Assembly: GCA_029258885.1 (NCBI GenBank)
Contig: JAPDJW010000001.1
Location: 32,001 to 96,000, forward strand
Direction of reading: 5' to 3'
Length of the DNA: 64,000 nucleotides
Source: Thermoproteota archaeon
GTDB lineage: Archaea; Thermoproteota; Thermoprotei; Thermofilales; B9-G17
Part shown: piece after piece, positions 1-9,657 of the stretch
Layout of the letters: every line of letters begins with the position of its first letter
How positions within the stretch are numbered: the stretch's first letter is position 1
Translations under genes and position numbers: made by a program
Notes under the pieces: model-generated
The model's database searches: none
The model's input: only the letters and a program-made list of their open reading frames with translations
Told to the model about the DNA's origin: nothing

Positions 1-1
1 A

Positions 2-688
2 GGTGGAATAGGATACATATCAGGTTTAGCAACATTCAGAGTGATAGCATATCTATCTAAACATCCAATACCCATCCCTATGCTGATAGGTGGGCAACCG
101 TTAATGGTTCGCCCAAAGCTGGAATGGTTCTGGAGCATTATTATGATAGCCATTGCTATAATGGTTTCAATGATCTCTTCATTTAAACCTGCTATTAATG
201 CTGCTTTCATGTACTCACCTACCAAAGTTAAAAGGCTAAAGATAGAGGAGAAGGAGAGGGAGAAGCGTGAAGAGGTATACTTAAAGGCGTATACCGGAAA
301 GAGAGTTGGTTTGCCCGGAAAGATAGGAGAGGCTGAAGCCATCTTATTCTTCTCATTCCTCTACACTAGGCTCAAAGATCTGACAACAGGCTACGTAGAG
401 AGAGCTAAGGATATAGAGGAACTTGAAGAGGAGGAATACCCTGACGGAAGGAGAGTTAAGAGGTTCAAATTCAAGTACATATTTAGGACCGACGAAAGAG
501 AGATAATGACTGACAATGAAATAATCATTACTAAGCTACCCCAGAATGATTACTATACCGTGGAATTGTCTACTAATCCGTTAGGTGGGGAGAGAATTCC
601 CATCAAGTATATGGATAGGGTAGCATCTGTTATTAGGGATATAGTGAGGGACTGGGAGGAAGAGAGGAAGAGACTTGGAATCAGGTAG
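2..688 (+). CDS. C-terminal part of a membrane protein, gene starts before the window
   Basis: Frame is open from base 2 (GGIGYISGLATFRVIA...), so the track start at 41 is internal; hydrophobic helix near the N-end of the fragment, then a soluble tail. Confidence 0.7.
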   Translation, partial: GGIGYISGLATFRVIAYLSKHPIPIPMLIGGQPLMVRPKLEWFWSIIMIAIAIMVSMISSFKPAINAAFMYSPTKVKRLKIEEKEREKREEVYLKAYTGKRVGLPGKIGEAEAILFFSFLYTRLKDLTTGYVERAKDIEELEEEEYPDGRRVKRFKFKYIFRTDEREIMTDNEIIITKLPQNDYYTVELSTNPLGGERIPIKYMDRVASVIRDIVRDWEEERKRLGIR

Positions 689-693
689 AGTTC

Positions 694-1284
694 ATGGCAG
701 GCACAATTTTCATAACTGGAACGCCAGGCGTTGGCAAGACAACTGTCGCAAAACTATTGTCAAAGAAGCTATCTTGTCCCTATTTTTCGATTGCTGAGTT
801 AGCTAAAAAATATAATGTATTAATTGGCTATGATAAGGAACGGAAGAGCTATGAAGTAGATATTAATAAACTAAGACGCGTTATTCAAGAGGTCTTAGCG
901 AATTCTTTGGCGGGGTGTAATATTGTAATTGAGGGACATATCGTTGAAGCAGTACCGCTCGAGTACATAGACAAGGTGGTGGTTTTAAGGCTACATCCGC
1001 TTGTATTAGAGAGAAGGCTTATGGAGAGGGGATACCCAGAAGCTAAGATAAAGGAGAATGTTTTAGCAGAAATACTGGATGTTTTATTAGTTGAGGCGGT
1101 AGAAAAATTTGGGATTGATAAGGTCTTTGAAATAAACACTACGAATAAAAATCCTGAAGAAGTCGTGGAGGAAATTCTAAAAATAGTAGAAGGCAGGGAG
1201 GTAGAAGGGTATAAGCCTGGAAACACTGACTGGATAAAGGCATTAAAAGAAGAGGGGGTTCTGGAGAAATACCTGCTTAGGTGA
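694..1284 (+). CDS. Adenylate kinase, AK6/hCINAP-type
   Basis: Walker A GTPGVGKTT, IVIEGH motif, LEARGY-like ERGYPEAKIKENV. Confidence 0.85.
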   Translation: MAGTIFITGTPGVGKTTVAKLLSKKLSCPYFSIAELAKKYNVLIGYDKERKSYEVDINKLRRVIQEVLANSLAGCNIVIEGHIVEAVPLEYIDKVVVLRLHPLVLERRLMERGYPEAKIKENVLAEILDVLLVEAVEKFGIDKVFEINTTNKNPEEVVEEILKIVEGREVEGYKPGNTDWIKALKEEGVLEKYLLR

Positions 1285-1288
1285 TAGC

Positions 1289-1810
1289 TTGTTAGCTGCG
1301 TGTTTTGACATAGATGGGGTACTGATAGATAATACTATCAGGTTGAAAAAATGTCTAGAGATTGTTGGAGTAAAAGCTATAGAGGAGTTATCCGGCGAAA
1401 GCAAGAGTTTATTCTGGAAGCTTTTCCTAAGCGAAAGGTTTCTCTCCCTAGATAGACCTAGGCCATTAGGTATTTCTTATGTTTATAGAGCGGTTAATAA
1501 GGGCTACAAAGTGGTAATTGTTACAGGTAGGCCTGAGAGGCTGAGAGAAGCTACAATTAATCAGCTTAATGAGTTCAGGATATCGTTTGATGAGATATAC
1601 TTTAGGAGAGATAATGACTTTAGAAAGGATTTTGTCGTAAAGCCAGAGATAATAAGGATGCTAACCTATAAGTATGATTTTAAGGAGTTTCATGACGATG
1701 AAGAAGAAATACTTAGGCGTATAGCCCACTTCATTAAGAATGCGGAGTTTTATCATCATAAACCAAATAAAGTAGTACTCTTAAACAATCTACTGCAGTG
1801 GAGTGAGTAG
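1289..1810 (+). CDS. HAD-superfamily phosphatase
   Basis: Motif I FDIDGVL, motif II VTGR, acidic motif IV FHDDE; TTG start. Confidence 0.8.
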   Translation: MLAACFDIDGVLIDNTIRLKKCLEIVGVKAIEELSGESKSLFWKLFLSERFLSLDRPRPLGISYVYRAVNKGYKVVIVTGRPERLREATINQLNEFRISFDEIYFRRDNDFRKDFVVKPEIIRMLTYKYDFKEFHDDEEEILRRIAHFIKNAEFYHHKPNKVVLLNNLLQWSE

Positions 1811-1812
1811 CC

Positions 1813-2595
1813 ATGAAGGAGAGCCGCTTACTGGCGGTATGTATACTATCCATAATAACTGCAGCTTGCTTAATAGCGAGCTTTACCCATAGACCAAAGT
1901 TCGTTTTTGAGAAATTTTGCGGAGAAATAATATATGATGCGAGCATACCTGATAATTATGTTGCATTAGCTGCGATTCCTGGAAATATATCCGATATTAA
2001 GTTTGAGACAATAGAGCGTTTTACTTCGAGAATAGTTTTCTACGATGAAACTCCAGTAATTATCGTAGGCTTCCCCTTTATTTACGAAGAAACGTTTTTC
2101 CTAAAAACTGAAATCGGAATGAATACAACGTATCTCCTAAAAATTAAGGTGGATTACGAGGCGGGTAAAAAAGGCATTATAGTACTCAATAGGTTCAATG
2201 CTGATATTGTTTTGATACTAATTGAGGAGCATGAAAATGAGTTACACGTAAGGTCCCTAGGATCTATTAGAAATGCCAGTAAGTGCATTGATATCTTCGG
2301 ATATATCCTTAGTCGTAATAGAACGGTACCCCATCAAACAATACAGCTACATATGCTTCGTAATGATACAAATAACCCTATTAATATTACACAAATAAAA
2401 ATACCTCCAGATAATGAAACTGCGATAAATATCTATAGATCGTCTAGCAACGGATTTTATAGAATTAGGCTTTATGTTCCCGAATACCCGAAGGAAGCTA
2501 TCTTTTTAATTTTTGTGGATGATAATCCTTGTGGCTTCTTAATACTTCCTAATACTCCGACTAAAAGAAGGGTTGATTTAATCATAGGGGGATAG
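1813..2595 (+). CDS. Hypothetical exported or membrane-anchored protein
   Basis: N-terminal hydrophobic helix, several N-x-S/T sequons, tight spacing to neighbours. Confidence 0.6.
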   Translation: MKESRLLAVCILSIITAACLIASFTHRPKFVFEKFCGEIIYDASIPDNYVALAAIPGNISDIKFETIERFTSRIVFYDETPVIIVGFPFIYEETFFLKTEIGMNTTYLLKIKVDYEAGKKGIIVLNRFNADIVLILIEEHENELHVRSLGSIRNASKCIDIFGYILSRNRTVPHQTIQLHMLRNDTNNPINITQIKIPPDNETAINIYRSSSNGFYRIRLYVPEYPKEAIFLIFVDDNPCGFLILPNTPTKRRVDLIIGG

Positions 2596-2597
2596 GT

Positions 2598-4100
2598 ATG
2601 TTATCGGAAAATACCAAATTAAAATATTTCTTCGAGCCATCTGTAGTGGCGGTAGTTGGTGCATCAAGAAACCCGTCAAAGCCGGGACATGTAATTTTAA
2701 GCAATTTTCTCGAGAACAAGAAGCGAGGATTATTTAAAGGCAAAGTTTATCCTATAAATCCTAATGCAGATGAAATACTTGGAGTAAAATGTTATTCTTC
2801 ATTATTAGACTTGCCCGAAAAGCCCAACCTATGTATTATAGTTGTACCAGCCGCAGTTGTACCTAAGGTCCTAGAGGATGCTGGGAAAATAGATTGTCCA
2901 GCTGCAGTAATAATAAGTGCTGGGTTTAGCGAGGTTGGAAACAAGGAACTTGAAAATAAGGTATTAGATATAGCGAAGAAATATGGTATTAGAATAATTG
3001 GCCCTAATTGCCTTGGCATACTCAACATGTATACGGGAGTAGACACACTCTTTTTACCTCCTAATAAGCCTATAGAGCCGGGAGTAGAAGTCGAGGCAGC
3101 ACCAAGGCCCCCGCAAGGTTTTGTTTCTTTTCTAACGCAAAGCGGAGCATTCGGCGTTTCTTCGCTTGACTATTTCTCAGGCGAGGGCATAGGAATAAGA
3201 ATATTCGTTAGCTACGGAAACCGTATCGACGTAGATGACGCTGACTTACTAGCCTACCTAGCGGATGACGAAAAGACGCGTGCCATTATGCTATATATTG
3301 AAAGCCTGAAAAATGGACGAAAATTTATGGAAATAGCTAGTCAAGTAACTCTTAAAAAGCCTATAGTTGCATTTAAGGCTGGTAGAACCAGAGCTGGGGC
3401 AAAAGCGGCTTTATCGCATACCGCTTCGTTAGCTGGTCGAGATGAAATATACGATGCTGCGTTTAAGCAGTGTGGAGTAATTAGGGCATATACTATGAAT
3501 GAATTTTTCATAATAGGCAAAGCACTAGTTTCACAACCACCAGCAAAAGGACCTAATGTTGCAATAGTGACGGATGGTGGCGGAGCAGGAGTTATGGCAG
3601 CTGATGCCTGTGAATTACGTGGGTTAAAAGTAGGGGAATTAGGTAAGGACACGAAAGAATTATTTGAAAAATACAAGGATGAAGGAGTTTTTCCGAAGTT
3701 TGCTGTTACTAATAATCCGATAGACTTAACGGGGTCGGCTACGACGGATATGTACATTAAAGCTATTGAAGCTGTCTTAAAAGACCCTCTTGTGGATAGC
3801 GTAATAGTACTAGCCTTACACCATGTTCCAGGTATACAATATCTAAAATCCTTCGTCCATGAGATAGCTGACGTTGTAAGGAAAGTCAATAAGGATAAAA
3901 AGCCCGTGGTAGTGGCGGATATAGGTAGTTCCGAAGGTGCCAGATACATAAGGGAGGAGTTTGATAAAAACTATATCCCATCATACTCTTCTCCTGAGGA
4001 TGCTGCGGTCGCTATAGCGGCTCTAACGAGGTATGGCGAGTATTTAGCCAAGAAAGGAGTTTTCGAAAAACACTTATCAGAATGGAAACCCATTTACTAG
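2598..4100 (+). CDS. acdA: Acyl-CoA synthetase (ADP-forming) alpha subunit
   Basis: CoA-binding VAVVGAS, IIGPNCLG, TQSGA, SHTASLAG (phospho-His), NNPIDLTG. Confidence 0.9.
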   Translation: MLSENTKLKYFFEPSVVAVVGASRNPSKPGHVILSNFLENKKRGLFKGKVYPINPNADEILGVKCYSSLLDLPEKPNLCIIVVPAAVVPKVLEDAGKIDCPAAVIISAGFSEVGNKELENKVLDIAKKYGIRIIGPNCLGILNMYTGVDTLFLPPNKPIEPGVEVEAAPRPPQGFVSFLTQSGAFGVSSLDYFSGEGIGIRIFVSYGNRIDVDDADLLAYLADDEKTRAIMLYIESLKNGRKFMEIASQVTLKKPIVAFKAGRTRAGAKAALSHTASLAGRDEIYDAAFKQCGVIRAYTMNEFFIIGKALVSQPPAKGPNVAIVTDGGGAGVMAADACELRGLKVGELGKDTKELFEKYKDEGVFPKFAVTNNPIDLTGSATTDMYIKAIEAVLKDPLVDSVIVLALHHVPGIQYLKSFVHEIADVVRKVNKDKKPVVVADIGSSEGARYIREEFDKNYIPSYSSPEDAAVAIAALTRYGEYLAKKGVFEKHLSEWKPIY

Positions 4101-4106
4101 ATAGAC

Positions 4107-4565
4107 ATGTATATTCAAAGAATTGAATATATATTCGGCATAGAAAAGGAAGTTTTTTATATAATAATTTTCGAGCTTACAGTTCTTTTCCTCATGATAT
4201 TATGGATAAAGACGCGAAGCCTAAGATTAAAGAGAAAAGTTATGAAGTTAATTCAGGAGGCTGAGGTACTTAAAATTCGGCGAAGACCTATGTCTTATGG
4301 GGATAGATTCATCCTATCCTTCTCTTCATCTAGTATAGCTATTATGTACGGGGTGGCGATGATCATCTCTGTGGTGTCGATTTTCATAACAATTATGGCC
4401 TTTCAACCATACGATCCCATATTGCTGGGGTTCAGTTTTTTAATGTATTCGGTAGGTATAATAATAATGTTTCTTTCATGGAGAAAATCTAAGTACTATA
4501 TAAACCGCGAAATAGAGCGACTTGAAAGAGATATTAGAAGATATAAGGCTGATTATAAAAGATAG
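4107..4565 (+). CDS. Hypothetical membrane protein (about 3 TM helices)
   Basis: Three hydrophobic stretches separated by basic segments. Confidence 0.6.
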   Translation: MYIQRIEYIFGIEKEVFYIIIFELTVLFLMILWIKTRSLRLKRKVMKLIQEAEVLKIRRRPMSYGDRFILSFSSSSIAIMYGVAMIISVVSIFITIMAFQPYDPILLGFSFLMYSVGIIIMFLSWRKSKYYINREIERLERDIRRYKADYKR

Positions 4566-4652
4566 ATATTTTAATCTATTTCCTACTAACTAGATTAGCC
4601 CTAAACAACGGGGACATATCGATAAACCAGGACTTTTAGATTAGGGATTAAA

Positions 4653-7600
4653 ATGAACATTAACTTATGTCTACGTGAAAAACGTAGACCATACCTATAT
4701 TTCTTAGCTATATCGCTTCTTGCGGGCTTTATAATTCTACTATATACTTCCTATACTATTAAGCCGAAAGACACGTACTTCTATATCGGCTGCAAAGTCT
4801 ATTACGACAATTACTTAAGTGTATATGACACTGCTTCTCCCAAGCGTATCGAATCTAATCACTTTATAATTGAATACTATACTGAGGGTAGAAGTGCTTG
4901 TTCCGACGACTATGCGGAGAAAGTTCTTCGATATTTCGAAATAGCGTGGCACAAGTACTTTATAGACTACGGATTCAACTTACCGGAATCACGTGAAGGC
5001 GACAAGATACTAATTAAAGTAGAGAAAATGTATCCAAGCTATGGAGCTACTCATGTTACAACCGATGGAAGCGGAAAATGGTATGTAAACTACATAGCAA
5101 TCGATAATAGTTTAAACGATGAAAAAATTATGGAAACCGCAGCTCATGAGTTATTTCACTGTATTCAAGCAGCGTATGATAGCTATGAAGGAGACACCGA
5201 AAATTACTGGATCATAGAGGGAATGGCCGTAGGAGCGGAGGACGCCATATTTCCTGACAATAACCTCTACATAAGATACATAAATCGTTGGATGAATACT
5301 CCCGATAAATCATTAGTAACTAGGTCGTATGATGCGGCTATCCTTTGGAGATACTTTTGGGAATTTCATGGTGTTGAAAAAATAAAAATTATTCTTAAAA
5401 TGCTTTCTATAGAGGATGGAATAAACGCTTTAATTAAGGCCTTTGGAGGCTACGAGAAATTTAGAAGTGTATACGCAGAGTTTATAAAAACTACATACTT
5501 CAAAGATGTATATAGCGACGGTAAGCTTTTCGCGAAACCATATATAAGTAAAACCATAGATCTTTCGCTCACGGATAGTGCTAACATTTCTGACTTAGTC
5601 AAATATTATGGAATTGATTACTATAGAATTCTACTTAACAATAATAGTGTATACATATGCTTTAATGGCTCATCTTCGTCTGACTTTCTACTAGTTCTTT
5701 TATATCCTGTTAATAAACATATAGTAATAGAGCTAAAAAATTATTCTTTCGGGACATATTTGTTTAAAAACCCTGGGAATATTTCAGAAATAGCGTTGGC
5801 AGTAACTAGAACCAGCGAAGATGGAAGTGGGTACTACGAGCTAAGTATTACGACCCTGGAGAGGGTCTATCGTATAAAGATGATACCTGAGCTTAAAAAA
5901 ATCGTGGCGAATCCCGGGGATAAAATTACTATAGATCTGATACTCGTTAACGACGGAGAAGTGGCTCAAGAGTTTTCATTGAATTTCTCATCGAAACTAT
6001 GTGATATAAAGCTAATAAATAATAATGGTCAATTAATAGGATCCGACGAAAGTATTATTCTAAATCCAGGAGAGAGTAAATCCTTGAAGATACAGATTTT
6101 CACACCTACAACTCCCGGTATTCGGGAGACTATAGGGATAGATGCTTATAGCAAAGGTTTTCTTGTAGGGTCTACGGAAATAGCTATAGTAACTACGGGG
6201 CTAAAGGTGAGGGCGTATCCTCATCCTGGATTGGCCTCAATTATGAATGTCACACATGTTTATGTGCAGTTATTATATTATCATAATCATACACCAATAG
6301 CTCATGGTATGGTAATAGAGGAAATAACAGGTCTCATAGCTTATACCAATGAAAGTGGATGGGCTATTTTTAATCTAACAGAGAATAAGGTCGGTAAAGT
6401 AGTATACAAGTTCTACGGTATTTCAGACAAAAATCACGTTATAAACTACAGCATAAATGTGGAGTATATAACCATAGATTGGACGTACCTTAAGGTGGAT
6501 AAAGTACTATGTGATAGATATGTTGTAAATGTATCTCAACCAGTAATGATTCAGGTTAGGGTTGTATATGCTCATAACGGTAAGCCTGTATCAGGAGGCA
6601 TCGTTAAAGTTCCAGAGTTAGGTATAATTTCAAGTATTAATTCCAGTGGATGGGCTACAATTATAGCTACGTCAAACGTGCCGAGAACATATATTATAGT
6701 AAAGCCCTTAAGGGATTTACTAGGATACGTAACCTACGGTGAAAAAATACGGGTTAATGTTTCCTGGACAGGAATAGTTCTTCATGTGAATGTATTGCCT
6801 TCACATATCGTTAATGTCGGTGATTATGTTAAAGTTGAAGTTTCGGCCGTATGGGCACATAATATGTCTCTCGCTGGTAAATGTAAGCTATACCTAATAA
6901 ATGGGAGCAATATTGAAGAAGTGGAAACAGATGAAAGAGGAGTGTACAGTATAAGGCTTAAAAAGGACGTAACAAGTGTTCTTAACATTACGTTTAAGAT
7001 TGCTGACCAGAAATATAGACTCCTAGGTAATACATCAGCTAGTGTAACAATCATATGGACAGGCATAATTGTAGAGTACATAAACGTCTCCCGAAAAATC
7101 GTAAACGTGGGTACACCGGTAGATATATATGTTAAAATAAAATATGCACATAACAGCGAGCCCTGCGGAAAGGCAGAGATAGTATTAAACACGGGGGCAA
7201 AAGGCTATACTGATGAAAATGGAATAGCATGCATAAGGGTGTCGAAGGCTGTAGCGAAAACCTATACTATTAATGTATCTCATGTGCTTTCACCAGATGG
7301 TATAACCCACATTATGGCTAACCAGCAAGCTGAGATAACATGGACTTACTTATTGGTGGATAAAGCAATTATATTTCCAAATGTAACTGTACTTCATAGT
7401 CCGGTCAATGTAAGGTTGAGAATAGTTTATGCGCATAATTCGAGCCCGGCGAGAGGGGTGACGCTAAGCATATATGGTTTTAATATTTCAACAGACGGTG
7501 ATGGATGGATAAATACTACATTACATTTTGATAAAGTTGACGTATATACCATAAAGCTAGAAGTAATCGAAGCACCAAGCAATATTCAGAGAATAGTCTA

Positions 7601-8081
7601 TCCTCTTCTTAGGGTTGTAGTCTGCAGTGAAGTTACCTATAATCTATGGTCACAAATGAATAATATAAAAGCTAATGGATGTAATGTCAGTCAATTTATG
7701 CGGGCCTGGAATAAGATTATAGAGCTGATGGATAAAGGAAAAGTCGATGAGGCTGAAAATATCTCGAGACAACTGTATAATGAAATAGAGAGAGCCGAAA
7801 GATCCATGGCCCTACTCAATAAGGCAAAGAATGTCATTAGTAAAGCTAAGGGGAGTGGAATACTATTGTTTATCTGGGAAGCGGAAATGAAGCTTCATGA
7901 GGCAATAAACGCTTTTAAGAGAGGGGACTATAATGAGGCAGCAGAATTAGCTAGTGAAAGCATTAAAAGAGCATATAAGGCGGCTGCTTGGTCTACTGCA
8001 TTTACGGCAGTATTTTTAGCAGCTGCGATCCTATTAGTAACCAGCGAATTAATTAAACACTATTCCGAGCCGGAATGGTAA
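4653..8081 (+). CDS. Large cell-surface protein: HEXXH metallopeptidase-like domain, Ig-like repeats, C-terminal membrane anchor
   Basis: N-terminal TM/signal helix, AAHELFHCIQ plus WIIEGMA, five approx. 96-aa repeats with (Y/W)xHN and closing WT motifs, many sequons, C-terminal hydrophobic helix. Confidence 0.8.
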   Translation: MNINLCLREKRRPYLYFLAISLLAGFIILLYTSYTIKPKDTYFYIGCKVYYDNYLSVYDTASPKRIESNHFIIEYYTEGRSACSDDYAEKVLRYFEIAWHKYFIDYGFNLPESREGDKILIKVEKMYPSYGATHVTTDGSGKWYVNYIAIDNSLNDEKIMETAAHELFHCIQAAYDSYEGDTENYWIIEGMAVGAEDAIFPDNNLYIRYINRWMNTPDKSLVTRSYDAAILWRYFWEFHGVEKIKIILKMLSIEDGINALIKAFGGYEKFRSVYAEFIKTTYFKDVYSDGKLFAKPYISKTIDLSLTDSANISDLVKYYGIDYYRILLNNNSVYICFNGSSSSDFLLVLLYPVNKHIVIELKNYSFGTYLFKNPGNISEIALAVTRTSEDGSGYYELSITTLERVYRIKMIPELKKIVANPGDKITIDLILVNDGEVAQEFSLNFSSKLCDIKLINNNGQLIGSDESIILNPGESKSLKIQIFTPTTPGIRETIGIDAYSKGFLVGSTEIAIVTTGLKVRAYPHPGLASIMNVTHVYVQLLYYHNHTPIAHGMVIEEITGLIAYTNESGWAIFNLTENKVGKVVYKFYGISDKNHVINYSINVEYITIDWTYLKVDKVLCDRYVVNVSQPVMIQVRVVYAHNGKPVSGGIVKVPELGIISSINSSGWATIIATSNVPRTYIIVKPLRDLLGYVTYGEKIRVNVSWTGIVLHVNVLPSHIVNVGDYVKVEVSAVWAHNMSLAGKCKLYLINGSNIEEVETDERGVYSIRLKKDVTSVLNITFKIADQKYRLLGNTSASVTIIWTGIIVEYINVSRKIVNVGTPVDIYVKIKYAHNSEPCGKAEIVLNTGAKGYTDENGIACIRVSKAVAKTYTINVSHVLSPDGITHIMANQQAEITWTYLLVDKAIIFPNVTVLHSPVNVRLRIVYAHNSSPARGVTLSIYGFNISTDGDGWINTTLHFDKVDVYTIKLEVIEAPSNIQRIVYPLLRVVVCSEVTYNLWSQMNNIKANGCNVSQFMRAWNKIIELMDKGKVDEAENISRQLYNEIERAERSMALLNKAKNVISKAKGSGILLFIWEAEMKLHEAINAFKRGDYNEAAELASESIKRAYKAAAWSTAFTAVFLAAAILLVTSELIKHYSEPEW

Positions 8082-8122
8082 GGGGGACATATCATGTTTA
8101 TATTTCGTAATTTTATGAAAAT

Positions 8123-8971
8123 TTATCTAAAAGCCCTGAAGTCTATACAGATTTTATATACGCGAGGAGCATAGGGTAAAACCTTTCTTTTATTCAATAT
8201 TTCAATTTTATAATTATGTTTCCTGGCGTGCTCCTCTATTATTGTAATGGCTTCATCGTAGAGATTCTCTTCATGTGCCCAATGATAAAAGTGTATTATT
8301 CCGCCATCTTCTCTAAGACAATTAAATGCTTCGTCCAGGTAGTACTGAGCTCCTTTCGGTAAAGGCATTATAACTCTATCAGCCATGCCATACCACTTGG
8401 AGGTTTCAACCTTCACATCGCCTAGTACAGGCATTATCTTATCCTCTAATTTATTAAGTTTAATATTCTCCACCATATAGTTGTATGCTATAGGATTAAT
8501 CTCTATAGCAACTATTTTTTTAACCAAAGGCTGTACTTTAGCTATCACTATACCATATGGGCATACACCAGCAAACATTAAAACTACGAAGTCCCCAGGG
8601 GCAACCTGTCTCGCTATTCTAAGTCTTTCCGTGCTTTCCCGTGGCGAAAAATACACCTTAGTAGGATCTAACTTGAAATAGCAGCCGTGTTCCTTATGGA
8701 TAACTTCAGTATTAGGATCACCCGCTATGAGTTCGTAATTCCTAGTTCTGTATACTCCCACTCTTGGGGATCTTTTAGCTAAAACCGTTTTTACATTCTT
8801 ATGAATTTTCATAATAGCTTCAGCTATTAAAACGCGCCTATGATATATCTCTTCAGGAATCTCAACAATAGCAACGGCTTTCTCTCTCGATCCTATGATA
8901 TCAAAACTTCTAGGAATGAACCGTAACTCCTCTTCAGGAATTTTGCTCTTTAAATAGCTTCTCACATCCAT
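8123..8971 (-). CDS. Trm5/Taw2-family tRNA methyltransferase lacking the D1 domain
   Basis: PRSFDIIG, KVYFSPRESTER, SAM motif LMFAGVCPY, DRVIMPLP. Confidence 0.85.
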   Translation of the reverse strand: MDVRSYLKSKIPEEELRFIPRSFDIIGSREKAVAIVEIPEEIYHRRVLIAEAIMKIHKNVKTVLAKRSPRVGVYRTRNYELIAGDPNTEVIHKEHGCYFKLDPTKVYFSPRESTERLRIARQVAPGDFVVLMFAGVCPYGIVIAKVQPLVKKIVAIEINPIAYNYMVENIKLNKLEDKIMPVLGDVKVETSKWYGMADRVIMPLPKGAQYYLDEAFNCLREDGGIIHFYHWAHEENLYDEAITIIEEHARKHNYKIEILNKRKVLPYAPRVYKICIDFRAFR

Positions 8972-9250
8972 CTTTCTCCTCTCTTTATGTGTATTTCTAC
9001 GAAATTTGGATTTTCCTGTCGGCAGTCTTTGTATCCCTCTATCGTGGAGAGGAGCATATTACCCCTAGCCTCACAGCCTTATTCCTCCGAGTGAACAATT
9101 ACCTGGGGCATTATTCGTATTCTAAGTTAATGCGTATAATAATGTGAATATTTAAACCTTATTATCTCTGAAATTTCCGGTTTTCCTCATTAATATATAT
9201 TATAACTATTAATGCTACTTTGTTATTGATTAATTACATATATTTGTGCC

Positions 9251-9544
9251 TTAACCTCCTTCTATTGAAAAGTTCCGAGGACAGAGACGTCTCGCAAGCA
9301 GGCAGTATTTTTCAGCATTTTCAATATCGCCCTGTAACCTTAATATGGAACTTTTTTTACATAACTCTGCTTCCTGCCTGCAAACTGGATTAGCATTCTT
9401 TATACATAAGCTAGAAACGAAACCACATATTTTACCAGCTTCTTCGTGTCTCCCAGCCTTTGCCAAACTACGAGATACCTGACATAACTTAAGAGCATAC
9501 TGACAGTAGAAATTAACCACTTCCTCCTCAAGTTTTAAAGCCAT
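9251..9544 (-). CDS. Small Cys-rich helical protein with two C-x6-C-x18-C-x6-C modules
   Basis: Eight Cys in a regular duplicated spacing; GGAG ribosome-binding-like sequence upstream. Confidence 0.7.
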   Translation of the reverse strand: MALKLEEEVVNFYCQYALKLCQVSRSLAKAGRHEEAGKICGFVSSLCIKNANPVCRQEAELCKKSSILRLQGDIENAEKYCLLARRLCPRNFSIEGG

Positions 9545-9657
9545 GGATACTTATTCTCTCCCTTACAGTTTTATACTTTACTATCGGTTATATATGAGAA
9601 TGCCGCGGTGAAAATAAATAGGAGAATCTTAAATAATAGGAGGCGGGGGTAAAGCGA

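Noticed and set aside
3341-3949. 202-aa antisense ORF and similar shadow ORFs (885, 2792, 6824, 19374, 41658, 42608, 51568, 61032 and others)
   Set aside because: Each is opposite a well-supported gene and has the Ser/Ile/Leu-rich composition of an antisense frame
8972-9130. Moderately GC-rich spacer with an imperfect hairpin (minus strand GCCCCAG...CTAGGGGT); possible H/ACA RNA or small ribosomal-protein gene
   Set aside because: No convincing K-loop, two-sided pocket or rRNA complementarity; three minus-strand frames give only short unrecognisable peptides
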